This document shows, piece by piece, positions 22,389 through 31,735 of a DNA stretch of 64,000 bases. Where the stretch lies: the NCBI GenBank assembly GCA_964429295.1, contig CAYSBL010000001.1, positions 178,528 to 242,527 on the forward strand. The letters run 5' to 3'. The DNA comes from an uncultured Rikenellaceae bacterium. Its GTDB lineage: Bacteria > Bacteroidota > Bacteroidia > Bacteroidales > VadinHA17. A program made the position numbers and the translations under genes. The notes under the pieces were generated by a model. It was not told the origin of the DNA and searched no databases. It saw nothing but the letters and a program-made list of their open reading frames with translations. Each line of letters opens with the position of its first letter. Positions within the stretch are counted from its first letter, which is position 1.

Positions 22389-23096
22389 TTAATGAAGCCT
22401 TACTTCAGGTTCATGATACAGGGAGAAGATTTCCGTGGACACTGCTATAAAGCTGTGGATAATGAAGGCAGGAAGAAAGGATCCTGTGAGGCTGGCAAGA
22501 AGACAGAATAGTATGCCGACAGGGATGGTGCCTATGGCCATCCTGATACCCTGGGGAAGGTGAACCAGGGAATAAAGAACAACGTTTACAGCCAACGCCG
22601 GCCAGAACCCAAAGGCATCAATGCATATAAACCAGAGAACTCCCCTGAAAAGAAATTCATAGCCCAGCAGATAGATCACCCATGAACCGGCCGAAAGAAT
22701 CACATGCCTGGGATACCAGTCCTTCATCCTCAGTTCAGGCGACCGGGCTCTGATTTGCGGGCTTTTTGATGAATAATAGGAAATGACAAGTGTGGCAAGT
22801 ACCAGCACCAATATAAGATACCAGTAAGAAGAAGTGCGTCCGGCTATAAAACCCACTCTCGAAGGTGTGAGTTTAAGTATCCACAGAAAAAGTATGACCG
22901 GAATAACTCCCGTGAATAAGATTCCCGAAAGTTTGTAAGACAAAAAACTGGTGACTGGCTCGGAGATTGATGGAAAAACAGGTCTTATAACCCGCTTACC
23001 TATTATTTTCCTGTCAGCAGTATAATAATAAAGTAAGAAGAGCAGAATAACGGAAAATACTGCGGCAATGGCAAGGAATTCTTTGGATAAGTTCAT
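22389..23096 (-). CDS. CPBP-family (CAAX/Abi-type) intramembrane glutamic metalloprotease
   Basis: 235 aa and polytopic. It has motif 1 as GYEFLFRG (EExxxR-like), a later conserved His in HLPQG, and HSFIAV. Confidence 0.7.
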   Translation of the reverse strand: MNLSKEFLAIAAVFSVILLFLLYYYTADRKIIGKRVIRPVFPSISEPVTSFLSYKLSGILFTGVIPVILFLWILKLTPSRVGFIAGRTSSYWYLILVLVLATLVISYYSSKSPQIRARSPELRMKDWYPRHVILSAGSWVIYLLGYEFLFRGVLWFICIDAFGFWPALAVNVVLYSLVHLPQGIRMAIGTIPVGILFCLLASLTGSFLPAFIIHSFIAVSTEIFSLYHEPEVRLH

Positions 23097-23211
23097 TAGG
23101 TGTCCTTTTTTCCCGCGTATGATGGACCGGGAAATCGGCCCAAATTATAAAAATCCCCACTAACTACAAAAGCCAAAGAGAAAAAAGGATAACTTGCAAA
23201 CCATAACGATA

Positions 23212-23988
23212 ATGAACATGGAACCCTTAAACGACCTCAGGCTTGCAGTGCTCATAGATGCTGACAATATTCCGTACGGCAACGTCAAGGGGATGCTCGA
23301 GGAGATAGCAAAATACGGCACACCTACCTTCAAGAGGATCTATGGCGACTGGACCAAACCTACCGTAGCAGGATGGAAATCGGTTCTTCTTGAAAATGCA
23401 ATTACCCCGGTTCAGCAGTACAGCTACACCCAGGGTAAAAATGCCACTGACTCGGCGATGATAATTGATGCAATGGATATTCTCTACTCCGGCAAAGTTG
23501 ATGGATTCTGCCTGGTATCAAGCGACAGCGATTTCACCAGGCTTGCCACCCGGCTCAGGGAAGCAGGAATGAAAGTAATTGGGATAGGAGAACGTAAAAC
23601 GCCGGAGCCTTTTATTGTCGCATGCGATAAATTCATTTACCTTGAAATTATAAACACTGCAGCTCAGCCTGATCCTGTAATTCCTAAAAAGAAAAAGGAA
23701 AAACCCGCAGGAAGCAGGTCAAAAAGCGAGGATAACGAACAGCAAAACCAGATAAGAAGGGCCCGCCGCCTTATTGCTTCTTCCATAACTGACCTTGCTG
23801 ATGAGACCGGATGGGCCTATCTCGGAGATGTTGGAAACCTCATCCTCAAAAAACAACCTGACTTCGATCCACGCAACTATGGTTTCACAAAACTGACTCC
23901 CTTGATCAGATCGCTTGATTTTGAGATAGATGAAAGAGAATCAGGACAGCAGCACATAAAACATATTTACATCCGGATAAAAAAATAA
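23212..23988 (+). CDS. NYN (LabA-like PIN-fold) nuclease domain protein with a C-terminal OST-HTH/LOTUS RNA-binding domain
   Basis: The N-terminus LAVLIDADNIPY...FCLVSSDSDF has the acidic residues of NYN domains. A K-rich linker follows. The C-terminus GWAYLGDVGNLILKKQPDFDPRNYGFTKLTPLI is typical of OST-HTH. The track starts at a TTG at 23194, and ATGs lie at 23212 and 23218. Confidence 0.7.
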   Translation: MNMEPLNDLRLAVLIDADNIPYGNVKGMLEEIAKYGTPTFKRIYGDWTKPTVAGWKSVLLENAITPVQQYSYTQGKNATDSAMIIDAMDILYSGKVDGFCLVSSDSDFTRLATRLREAGMKVIGIGERKTPEPFIVACDKFIYLEIINTAAQPDPVIPKKKKEKPAGSRSKSEDNEQQNQIRRARRLIASSITDLADETGWAYLGDVGNLILKKQPDFDPRNYGFTKLTPLIRSLDFEIDERESGQQHIKHIYIRIKK

Positions 23989-24102
23989 TAACTGAACAAT
24001 CTCTCTCCTGATTTGTTTAACCTTCATTATTAATTTTTTATTTTCAGATATCAAAAATTTATGTGACCTTTGCTACTGTTTTATTTACCTAATTATTGAA
24101 TT

Positions 24103-24420
24103 ATGAACATTTACGTTGGAAGCCTCAACTTCAAAATGAGTGAAGCTGAACTTAAGGAATTATTTGAAGGGTACGGCGAAGTAGGATCAGCCAAGATCAT
24201 CTTCGACAAGTACTCCGGAAAGAGTAAGGGATTTGGTTTCGTTGAAATGCCTAACGAAGCTGAAGCTAAAAAAGCTATTGAGGAACTTAATGGCTTTGAG
24301 ATACAGGGCAGAAAAATTATTGTTAACGAATCAATTGAAAGACCCGAACGCAGAAGAGATTTCCGCGGAGGAGATAATGACCGCAGAGGAGGCGGTGACA
24401 GAAGAGACCACTACAGATAG
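24103..24420 (+). CDS. RRM-type (RNP-1) RNA-binding protein with an Arg/Gly/Asp-rich tail
   Basis: RNP2 is IYVGSL and RNP1 is KGFGFVEM. The C-terminal tail is RRRDFRGGDNDRRGGGDRRDHYR. Confidence 0.9.
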   Translation: MNIYVGSLNFKMSEAELKELFEGYGEVGSAKIIFDKYSGKSKGFGFVEMPNEAEAKKAIEELNGFEIQGRKIIVNESIERPERRRDFRGGDNDRRGGGDRRDHYR

Positions 24421-24434
24421 AAAAACTCAGAAAA

Positions 24435-24632
24435 ATGAAAGGCACCGTTAAATGGTATGACAGGATCAAAGGTTACGGATTTCTTCAGACTGAAGACCAG
24501 AAGGATATTTTTATCCACAGGTCAGGACTGGATGCTCCGCACACCGAACTTGAGACAGGCCAGGCGGTTGAGTTTGAAGTCGAGCTGAGAGAAAAAGGTC
24601 CTGTTGCTGTCAGAGTAAAAAGAGTCGATTAA
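24435..24632 (+). CDS. Cold-shock-domain protein (CspA family)
   Basis: 65 aa. GTVKWYDRIKGYGFL (RNP1-like) and DIFIHRS (RNP2-like). It lies 14 nt downstream of the RRM gene. Confidence 0.9.
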   Translation: MKGTVKWYDRIKGYGFLQTEDQKDIFIHRSGLDAPHTELETGQAVEFEVELREKGPVAVRVKRVD

Positions 24633-24651
24633 CTTCACTCGGTTTATATTA

Positions 24652-24685
24652 AAAGAGGCTGCGCACTGCACAGCCTCTTTTTCAT
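24652..24685. terminator. Bidirectional rho-independent terminator between csp (+) and the Gfo/Idh/MocA gene (-)
   Basis: Perfect 9-bp stem, AAGAGGCTG (24653-24661) paired with CAGCCTCTT (24671-24679), with a 9-nt loop. It is preceded by an A-run and followed by a T-run, so it can act on either strand. Confidence 0.75.
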
Positions 24686-24731
24686 TTCTGGTTACCAGGG
24701 GCTGATCGGCAATACCCCCGAAAAAAGATTA

Positions 24732-26078
24732 TTATAGCAGAACCCAGGGACTCCGGTATTCATAATGGAGTCTTTTGGTTGCCTCGCCGTCGGCATCATC
24801 AATAAACGTTTCGGTTGCCGGATCCCACTTTATTGTCCTTTTAAGATCGCAGGCAATATTACCGAGAGTGCAGACCGTACAACTGCTGTGGCCGATATCA
24901 ACCGATGCAACGGGATCCTGACGCGACCTGACGCATTCAATGAAATTGACCTGGTGCGGTATCCTTGTCTCATAAGGACCTTCTTCAGCAGCTGCTGCTG
25001 TAGCCGGAGGATTGAATTTCGGGTCGGATGCATTAAAGTAACCTCTTGCGACTTCTATCCATCCGTTCTCTCCCCAGAATTTTACTCCCTTTGTAAGCTT
25101 TTCATCAAATGGCTCAGATGTCATAACAACTCCATTCGCATACTTGTAGGAAATAAACTCCGTCCCGTCACCAATCGGTGAGATCTCAACAGGTCCGTTC
25201 TTATCCATTCCAAGACCCCATTGCGCAATGTCGAACATGTGAGCTCCCCAGTCGGTGGTGAATCCGCCGCCCATCTCCTTGTACCAGCGCCATGCACCCC
25301 AGATTTCCTCATTCTTTTCAGGGTCGAGTGAAATGGGAGGATTGAGCTGGTTGTTGAAATGAATTGTTGCCGGAAGAGGACCAAGCCACAAATCCCAGTT
25401 CAGATCAGCGGGTATCGGCTCCTCGGGAAGATCATAGGGCTTTGGAGGAGCACCTACATATGCATTGACTTTCGAGATCTTGCCAAGAGCTCCTGTCTGA
25501 ACAAGATTAACCGCATGCTGGAATCCAGCATCTGAACGTTGCTGGCTTCCCACCGCAAGTACCCTGTTGTACTGCCTGACTGCCTTCTTCAACTCCTGAC
25601 CTTCCTTTATGGTAAGAGTCATGGGCTTCTCAAGATAAACATCCTTGCCTGCTCTGCAGGCAGCAATCGCTATCATGGCATGATTGTGGTCTGGAACGGC
25701 AATAACTACCGCATCTATGTCCTCCCTCGAGAGAACATCCTGGTATTTTTCGTAGGTGTCAACTTTGAACTCCTTGCCGGCTCCTGTGTAAAAATCGGTT
25801 ACCCTTTTCTCAAAACGCTTGCGTTTAATGCCATAAACATCGCATCCTGCAACCACTTTTACGCCCGGAACCTGCAAAAAGCCGCTAAGCAGAAACATAG
25901 CCTGCTGTCCGAGCCCGATAAATCCGAGAGTGATTTCATCGCCGCCCTCAACGGCGACAGCTTTTTTCTTTCCCTTACAGGATGTTGACAAAGCCGGTAT
26001 CACTGCAATCCCAGCCATCCCGATAGCTGCAGAACCCAGGAACCGTCGCCTGGTCCATAATTTACTTTGTTCCTTCAT
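24732..26078 (-). CDS. Gfo/Idh/MocA-family NAD(P)-dependent oxidoreductase with a twin-arginine lipoprotein-type signal
   Basis: TAT motif TRRRFLGSAAIGMAGIAV followed by LSTSC. Rossmann segment LGFIGLGQQA. The EKP motif (YLEKPM) is typical of the family. Confidence 0.8.
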   Translation of the reverse strand: MKEQSKLWTRRRFLGSAAIGMAGIAVIPALSTSCKGKKKAVAVEGGDEITLGFIGLGQQAMFLLSGFLQVPGVKVVAGCDVYGIKRKRFEKRVTDFYTGAGKEFKVDTYEKYQDVLSREDIDAVVIAVPDHNHAMIAIAACRAGKDVYLEKPMTLTIKEGQELKKAVRQYNRVLAVGSQQRSDAGFQHAVNLVQTGALGKISKVNAYVGAPPKPYDLPEEPIPADLNWDLWLGPLPATIHFNNQLNPPISLDPEKNEEIWGAWRWYKEMGGGFTTDWGAHMFDIAQWGLGMDKNGPVEISPIGDGTEFISYKYANGVVMTSEPFDEKLTKGVKFWGENGWIEVARGYFNASDPKFNPPATAAAAEEGPYETRIPHQVNFIECVRSRQDPVASVDIGHSSCTVCTLGNIACDLKRTIKWDPATETFIDDADGEATKRLHYEYRSPWVLL

Positions 26079-26195
26079 TAATTAATTTTTGTTTTAGGTT
26101 ATTACTGGTTGATGGTCGATTCCTATTTGCTCTTTTGTGATTTGAGCCATAAAAATAATCTATTTTATGCTTAAAATGAAATGATGCTTTAATTA

Positions 26196-26912
26196 TCAGA
26201 ATCTTCCAAAAACAGAATATTTCCCCGTGTTGCAAAATATAGATGAATAAAGAAACAAACCTTCCATGCTTGTCACCATCCGCCGCTCAAGATGAAGAAC
26301 AGGCTGACCTGCCTCAAGCTTAAGAAACCTCCTTATCCTTGATGATGGCGAAATTGCACGTATCCTCTGTTCCCCCCCTTTTATCTCAACCTTGTAACGC
26401 TCCCTGAGTACCTCAAAAAGCGACCTGTTTTCAAACTGCCTGGCCGTAATGCGTGGCAGATTAATATTTGCTATATAGCTTATGTCATAAAATATAGGAG
26501 CCTCATCCAGCAGCCTCAGCCTCTCCATGTATATGCAACCCGACTCCCTCTCCAGTCCGGTCAGGGGAAACATGAATTCTCCGGGCCATGGCTTCAATAC
26601 TGGTTTTACAATGATCCGTGTCTTAAGATTCCTGTTTCCCACAGCCGTGGTGGTTCCCGACACCGATAATATCCCTATATCCCTCGGCGGAAGCTGGACA
26701 ATACTACCCTTCCCCTGATGCTTCCGTATGTAACCGTCGTTTGCCAGACTTGCCAGCGACTGCCTTACTGTCGGACGAGTCATCCCGTATATCCTGCATA
26801 ACTCGTTCTCCGATGGCAAAAGATCACCCTCAGCATAAACACCCTCAGCAATGTGCCGGCGAAGTATCCCGTACAGCTTCCTGTGCTGCGGTATGGAACT
26901 GCCCGAAATCAT
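26196..26912 (-). CDS. GntR-family transcriptional regulator, HutC subfamily (winged HTH plus UTRA domain)
   Basis: N-terminal HTH LPSENELCRIYGMTRPTVRQSLASLANDGYIRKHQGKGSIV and a ~150-aa UTRA-like C-terminal domain. It is divergent from the E2-E1 operon. Confidence 0.85.
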   Translation of the reverse strand: MISGSSIPQHRKLYGILRRHIAEGVYAEGDLLPSENELCRIYGMTRPTVRQSLASLANDGYIRKHQGKGSIVQLPPRDIGILSVSGTTTAVGNRNLKTRIIVKPVLKPWPGEFMFPLTGLERESGCIYMERLRLLDEAPIFYDISYIANINLPRITARQFENRSLFEVLRERYKVEIKGGEQRIRAISPSSRIRRFLKLEAGQPVLHLERRMVTSMEGLFLYSSIFCNTGKYSVFGRF

Positions 26913-26945
26913 TAACAGATTTTTTTTGTAAATATAATATTATCT

Positions 26946-26961
26946 ACTTGTAAATACAAGT
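26946..26961. promoter_or_regulatory. Candidate GntR/HutC operator: perfect palindrome ACTTGT-AAAT-ACAAGT
   Basis: 6-4-6 perfect inverted repeat in the divergent gntR/E2 intergenic region, immediately upstream of a TAnnTTTG box. The same half-sites recur at 27006-27011 and 27040-27045. Confidence 0.5.
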
Positions 26962-26969
26962 TTAATTTC

Positions 26970-26977
26970 TATTTTTG
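26970..26977 (+). promoter_or_regulatory. Candidate -7 promoter box (TATTTTTG) for the E2-E1 operon
   Basis: TAnnTTTG match 143 nt upstream of the E2 ATG, flanked by the ACTTGT/ACAAGT repeats. Confidence 0.3.
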
Positions 26978-27005
26978 TAACAACATTAAAATAAAGACTT
27001 TTAAA

Positions 27006-27045
27006 ACTTGTTCTTTTAGAGATTGTTCAACTTATTTTAACAAGT
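27006..27045. promoter_or_regulatory. Second pair of ACTTGT / ACAAGT half-sites (28-nt spacer), a possible auxiliary operator
   Basis: ACTTGT lies at 27006-27011 and ACAAGT at 27040-27045, the same hexamers as the palindrome at 26946-26961. Confidence 0.3.
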
Positions 27046-27119
27046 ACCCGAGGTCTTGAGTCTGCAGTCACATGCAGCAGACAGGACATGATAAGCAACA
27101 TTAAATCTTCATAACCCAG

Positions 27120-28397
27120 ATGGCAAGTGCAGTAATAATGCCCAGGCAGGGTCAATCGGTAGAGACCTGCATAATAACAAAATGGTTCAGGAGAAAGGGC
27201 GAAACGGTCAAGACAGGCGACATCCTTTTCTCCTATGAAACCGACAAGGCCGCATTCGATGTGGAGTCTCCGGCCGACGGAACTATTCTGGAAATCCTTT
27301 ATGACGAAGGTGCCGAAGTCCCGGTACTGGTCAACGTGGCTTTCATCGGTGAACCGGGAGAAGCATCTGAACGTTCAGGCCAGCCAGCTCCTGAAGAACC
27401 GGTAACGGCTTCAGTCATTCAACCCGGAGAAGTGGCGGCTCCTGCTCCTTCCGGAACATTGGCGGCTGAATCAGCCGTTATTCACGACAGCCGGCTCAGG
27501 ATATCCCCAAGGGCAAGAAGGTTTGCCGAAAAGAACAGGTTCGACTACAGAACGGTAAGCGGGTCGGGCCCAAACGGAAGAATAATGTGCGGCGACATCC
27601 AGAAAGCCATTTCAGAAAAATCCCCGGTATCGGACACAGCTCCGGCGGAAGCTCCGGCTGCCCCTCCCATTGCACCACCGGCTGAAACATCAATCTCACC
27701 AGAAGAATTCACCGAAAAGCCTCTTTCAAATGTCAGAAAGCTGATAGCCAAAGCAATGTATTCATCACTTCGCGATTCCGCCCAGCTCACCCATCACATG
27801 AGCGCCGATGTCCGGAATGTGCTTGAAGCAAGAAGAAAAATCAAGGAAGGTATAAAAAACGGAACCGGACACCACGACATCACAATTAACGACATCATCT
27901 GCTACTGCGTGATAAGGGCCCTGGCAAAACACCCCGGGATAAACGCCCACTTGCTCGGCGATTCCCTTAGAGTGTTCAACAGGGTAAACCTTGGGATAGC
28001 CGTCGACACTCCAAGAGGACTTATGGTACCTGCCATAAAAAATGCCGACCTTATGGATCTCACTCAGCTCTCCGGAGCACTGAAGACCGCGGCCGAGGCA
28101 TGCAGAAAGGGAAACATCAGCACTGAGCTGATCCAGAGCACTTCAGCTTCATTCACTGTTTCTAATCTTGGAAATTACGGAGTTGAAATGTTCACACCTG
28201 TCATAAACCTTCCGCAGTGCGCAATACTGGGAGTCTGTACAATAATAAACCGGCCGGCTGACCTGGGAAACAATACCTTCGGATTTGTTCCGTATTTAGG
28301 CCTTTCCCTGACCTACGACCACAGGGCTGTTGATGGCGGTCCGGCTACCTTGTTCCTCAGGGAAATAAAAGAACAGATTGAACAATTCAGCTATTAA
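27120..28397 (+). CDS. 2-oxoacid dehydrogenase complex E2 component (dihydrolipoamide acyltransferase)
   Basis: Lipoyl domain with [12 protein letters not shown], an Ala/Pro-rich linker, a peripheral-subunit-binding domain ([29 protein letters not shown]), and a catalytic domain with DHRAVDG. Confidence 0.9.
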   Translation: MASAVIMPRQGQSVETCIITKWFRRKGETVKTGDILFSYETDKAAFDVESPADGTILEILYDEGAEVPVLVNVAFIGEPGEASERSGQPAPEEPVTASVIQPGEVAAPAPSGTLAAESAVIHDSRLRISPRARRFAEKNRFDYRTVSGSGPNGRIMCGDIQKAISEKSPVSDTAPAEAPAAPPIAPPAETSISPEEFTEKPLSNVRKLIAKAMYSSLRDSAQLTHHMSADVRNVLEARRKIKEGIKNGTGHHDITINDIICYCVIRALAKHPGINAHLLGDSLRVFNRVNLGIAVDTPRGLMVPAIKNADLMDLTQLSGALKTAAEACRKGNISTELIQSTSASFTVSNLGNYGVEMFTPVINLPQCAILGVCTIINRPADLGNNTFGFVPYLGLSLTYDHRAVDGGPATLFLREIKEQIEQFSY

Positions 28398-28432
28398 CGA
28401 ATCAACAACAATATTCTGTAAAACACTATAAC

Positions 28433-30901
28433 ATGCCAAAAAGTCAGTATATCAGTCCGGAAGAAGTACGCAGACCCCGGTTCATCGAATTCGGCAAGAT
28501 CCCGGTAAACCAGTACAGCAGATCGATTGAAGAGGAAAAGCAGCATTTCAGCACTGGGGATTTTCTCAGAATCTACCACGACATGGTCATAATAAGGGAA
28601 TTTGAGACTATGCTTAATCTTATCAAGACCACTAATGAATACAGGGGAATCCCTTATAATCATCCTGGACCCGCACATCTTTCAATCGGCCAGGAGGCAG
28701 CTGCAGTCGGAATGGCTTATAACCTCGGCATCGATGATTATATTTTCGGCTCCCACAGGAGCCATGGAGAAATACTTGCAAAAGGTCTTTCTGCCATAGC
28801 AAGGCTCAGCGAAGATGAACTTTATACAATAATGAAGAATTACTTCGGAGGGAAGACTCTGAAAGTGGTGGAAAAAGATTTTACAGGCTCCGTCAGTGAG
28901 CTCGCCAGACGCTTTCTGCTGTACGGAGCACTGGCAGAAATTTTCGCCCGGGAAAACGGTTTCAATAAAGGACTGGGCGGGTCGATGCATGCTTTCTTCA
29001 CTCCGTTTGGCATTTATCCGAATAATGCAATAGTGGGCGGCTCAGGAGACATTTCCGTGGGCGCAGCCCTTTACAAGAAGATCAACCGGAAACCCGGACT
29101 GGTGGTCTGCAACATCGGAGATGCATCGATGGGCTGCGGACCTGTCTGGGAGGGTATCGCTTTCGCAACAATGGATCAGTACAGGACACTCTGGGAAGGC
29201 GAATTCAACGGAGGTCTGCCTCTTATCTTCAACTTCATGAACAACCTCTACGGCATGGGAGGTCAGACCATGGGCGAAACAATGGGATACGGAATACTGG
29301 CCAGGATCGGAGCCGGAGTAAATCCCGAGATGATGCATGCCGAAAGGGTCGACGGATACAACCCTCTGGCTGTGATCGACGCATTCAGAAGAAAAATGGA
29401 AGTCATCCGGCAGAAAAAAGGACCGGTTCTCCTCGATACCCTTACCTACAGGATAAGCGGCCACTCCCCTTCCGACGCTTCATCATACAGGTCGAAAGAA
29501 GAAATTGAAGCCTGGCAGAAGGAAGATTCAATAATTGCCTATGGTCAGAAACTTACTGAAGCAGGAATTGCCTCTCCTTTGCAGCTCGACGAGATAAGGG
29601 AAGATGCATCGGAACTGATGACTCACATTCTCCGGCTTGCAGTGAATGACGATATCTCTCCAAGGCTTGACCTTGATTCAAATCCCGACGAAATTGGAAA
29701 AATGATGTTTTCCAACCAGTCGGTCGACAGAATGTCGGAAGGGACTCCTGAGGTCCTTCTTCCCATGGAGGAAAATCCAAGGGTAAAATCCCTGAAGGCA
29801 AAGGAAAGATTCTACCTCGACAGTGAAGGGAAACCTGTGTCAAAGGCAAGAACCTATCAGCTTCGCGACGGATTATTCGAAGCTATTATTGACCGTTTCT
29901 ACAAGGACCCCACCCTTGCAGCATGGGGCGAGGAAAACCGCGACTGGGGAGGTGCATTCGCAGTATACCGCGGCCTTACTGAGGCACTTCCTTATAACCG
30001 CCTTTTCAATTCTCCCATTTCCGAAGGCGCAATAGTTGGCACTGCAATCGGATACGGTATGTGCGGAGGAAGAGTGATAGCGGAAATTATGTATTGCGAT
30101 TTTCTTGGAAGAGCTGGAGATGAAGTCTTCAACCAGCTTCCGAAATGGCAGGCAATGAGCGGAAATCTCATAAAAATGCCTGTGGTTATAAGAGTTTCAG
30201 TTGGTTCAAAATACGGAGCACAACATTCTCAGGACTGGTCCTCTCTTGTTGCCCATATCCCCGGGCTTAAAGTGATCTTCCCGGCAACACCTTACGATGC
30301 AAAGGGACTTATGAACAGTGCCCTCCAGGGAACCGATCCGGTGATATTCTTTGAAAGCCAGAGAATCTACGACATTGGAGAAATGTTCCATACCGGCGGT
30401 GTGCCGGAGGGCTATTACGCTTTACCCCTTGGAGTTCCTGACATAAAGAAAACCGGAAGCGACATTACTATCCTTACTATAGGCGCCACACTTTACCCGG
30501 CTGTGAAAGCCGCCGAAATCCTCGAAAAGAATTACGGTATGAGCGCTGAAATAATAGATGCCAGAACCCTGGTTCCTTTCAATTATGAGCCGGTACTGGA
30601 ATCTGTCAGGAAAACCGGCAGGATTGTCCTGGCAAGCGATGCATCATCCAGGGGTTCGTTCCTGAAGGAGATGGCCCAGACAATCACAGAGCTCGCATTT
30701 GATGACCTCGACGCACCTCCTGTTGTAGTAGGCGCACGCAACTGGATAATCCCGGCTCATGAGATGGAGAATTATTTCTTTCCCCAGCCTTCGTGGATCG
30801 TGGATGCAATTCATGAGAAAATAGTTCCCCTGAAAGGACATGTAAGCTCAACAGACCTTTCAGTGCAAAAGACTTTGCACCTTAACAGGGAGGGGGTGTA
30901 A
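28433..30901 (+). CDS. Fused E1 alpha-beta component of a 2-oxoacid (pyruvate/acetoin/branched-chain type) dehydrogenase
   Basis: 822 aa. The N-terminal half has the TPP-binding motif [17 protein letters not shown]...[12 protein letters not shown] linker of roughly 80-100 aa follows. The C-terminal half is E1-beta/transketolase-like ([26 protein letters not shown]). Confidence 0.85.
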   Translation: MPKSQYISPEEVRRPRFIEFGKIPVNQYSRSIEEEKQHFSTGDFLRIYHDMVIIREFETMLNLIKTTNEYRGIPYNHPGPAHLSIGQEAAAVGMAYNLGIDDYIFGSHRSHGEILAKGLSAIARLSEDELYTIMKNYFGGKTLKVVEKDFTGSVSELARRFLLYGALAEIFARENGFNKGLGGSMHAFFTPFGIYPNNAIVGGSGDISVGAALYKKINRKPGLVVCNIGDASMGCGPVWEGIAFATMDQYRTLWEGEFNGGLPLIFNFMNNLYGMGGQTMGETMGYGILARIGAGVNPEMMHAERVDGYNPLAVIDAFRRKMEVIRQKKGPVLLDTLTYRISGHSPSDASSYRSKEEIEAWQKEDSIIAYGQKLTEAGIASPLQLDEIREDASELMTHILRLAVNDDISPRLDLDSNPDEIGKMMFSNQSVDRMSEGTPEVLLPMEENPRVKSLKAKERFYLDSEGKPVSKARTYQLRDGLFEAIIDRFYKDPTLAAWGEENRDWGGAFAVYRGLTEALPYNRLFNSPISEGAIVGTAIGYGMCGGRVIAEIMYCDFLGRAGDEVFNQLPKWQAMSGNLIKMPVVIRVSVGSKYGAQHSQDWSSLVAHIPGLKVIFPATPYDAKGLMNSALQGTDPVIFFESQRIYDIGEMFHTGGVPEGYYALPLGVPDIKKTGSDITILTIGATLYPAVKAAEILEKNYGMSAEIIDARTLVPFNYEPVLESVRKTGRIVLASDASSRGSFLKEMAQTITELAFDDLDAPPVVVGARNWIIPAHEMENYFFPQPSWIVDAIHEKIVPLKGHVSSTDLSVQKTLHLNREGV

Positions 30902-30911
30902 GAGCTTTTTA

Positions 30912-30919
30912 TATCTTTG
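30912..30919 (+). promoter_or_regulatory. Candidate internal -7 promoter box (TATCTTTG) ahead of the HAD gene
   Basis: TAnnTTTG match 24 nt upstream of the ATG at 30943, in the 41-nt E1/HAD spacer. Confidence 0.35.
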
Positions 30920-30942
30920 CGTAACACATCATTTTATAAATA

Positions 30943-31728
30943 ATGGAAAATGTCATCGGGAAGATAAAAGCCAAATCAGGGTTTATCATAGACATGGATG
31001 GGGTAATCTACCATGGGAACAAACTTCTTCCGGGTATTCCTGAATTCCTTAAATGGCTTGAATCATCCGGCAAGAAATTTCTGTTTCTTACCAATTCCAG
31101 TGAACGTTCGCCCAAGGAACTGCATGAAAAACTCCTGAGACTTGGCATAGATGTCGGAGAGGAACACTTCTACACCAGCGCCCTGGCTACAGCCGGTTTT
31201 CTCGCCAGTCAGAAACCAAATGGAAGCGCTTTCATCATTGGCGACGCCGGACTGATACACGCTCTTTACAGTTTTGGTTACACCATAAACAATGTAAACC
31301 CCGACTATGTGGTTGTCGGAGATACCCATAACTATAACTTTGAGAGTATCCAGACAGCCGTCAACCTGGTTCTCAGGGGAGCCAGGCTGATTGGTGCAAA
31401 TCCGGACGTCAGCGGACCTGTGGAAAACGGCATAGCTCCGTCTACCAAGGCTCTTATTGCACCTATAGAGATTGCAACAGGGAAAAAAGCCTATTTCGTT
31501 GGCAAGCCAAACCCCCTGATGATGAGAATTGCACTTAAAAAACTCATGATCAGCAGAGAAGATGCCATAGTTATTGGCGACAGAATGGATACCGATGTCA
31601 GATGCGGGCTTGAATCGGAAATCGATACTCTTCTGGTGCTCAGCGGAATAACATCAAGGGAGGAAGTTGATAATTTCCCTTACAGACCACAGTATATTTT
31701 GAACGGAATTATCGACCTGGTACAATAA
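30943..31728 (+). CDS. HAD-IIA (NagD-like) sugar-phosphate phosphatase family protein
   Basis: Motif I is IIDMDGVIY, motif II is FLTNSS, and motif IV is GDRMDTD. 261 aa. Confidence 0.8.
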   Translation: MENVIGKIKAKSGFIIDMDGVIYHGNKLLPGIPEFLKWLESSGKKFLFLTNSSERSPKELHEKLLRLGIDVGEEHFYTSALATAGFLASQKPNGSAFIIGDAGLIHALYSFGYTINNVNPDYVVVGDTHNYNFESIQTAVNLVLRGARLIGANPDVSGPVENGIAPSTKALIAPIEIATGKKAYFVGKPNPLMMRIALKKLMISREDAIVIGDRMDTDVRCGLESEIDTLLVLSGITSREEVDNFPYRPQYILNGIIDLVQ

Positions 31729-31735
31729 ACATTAT

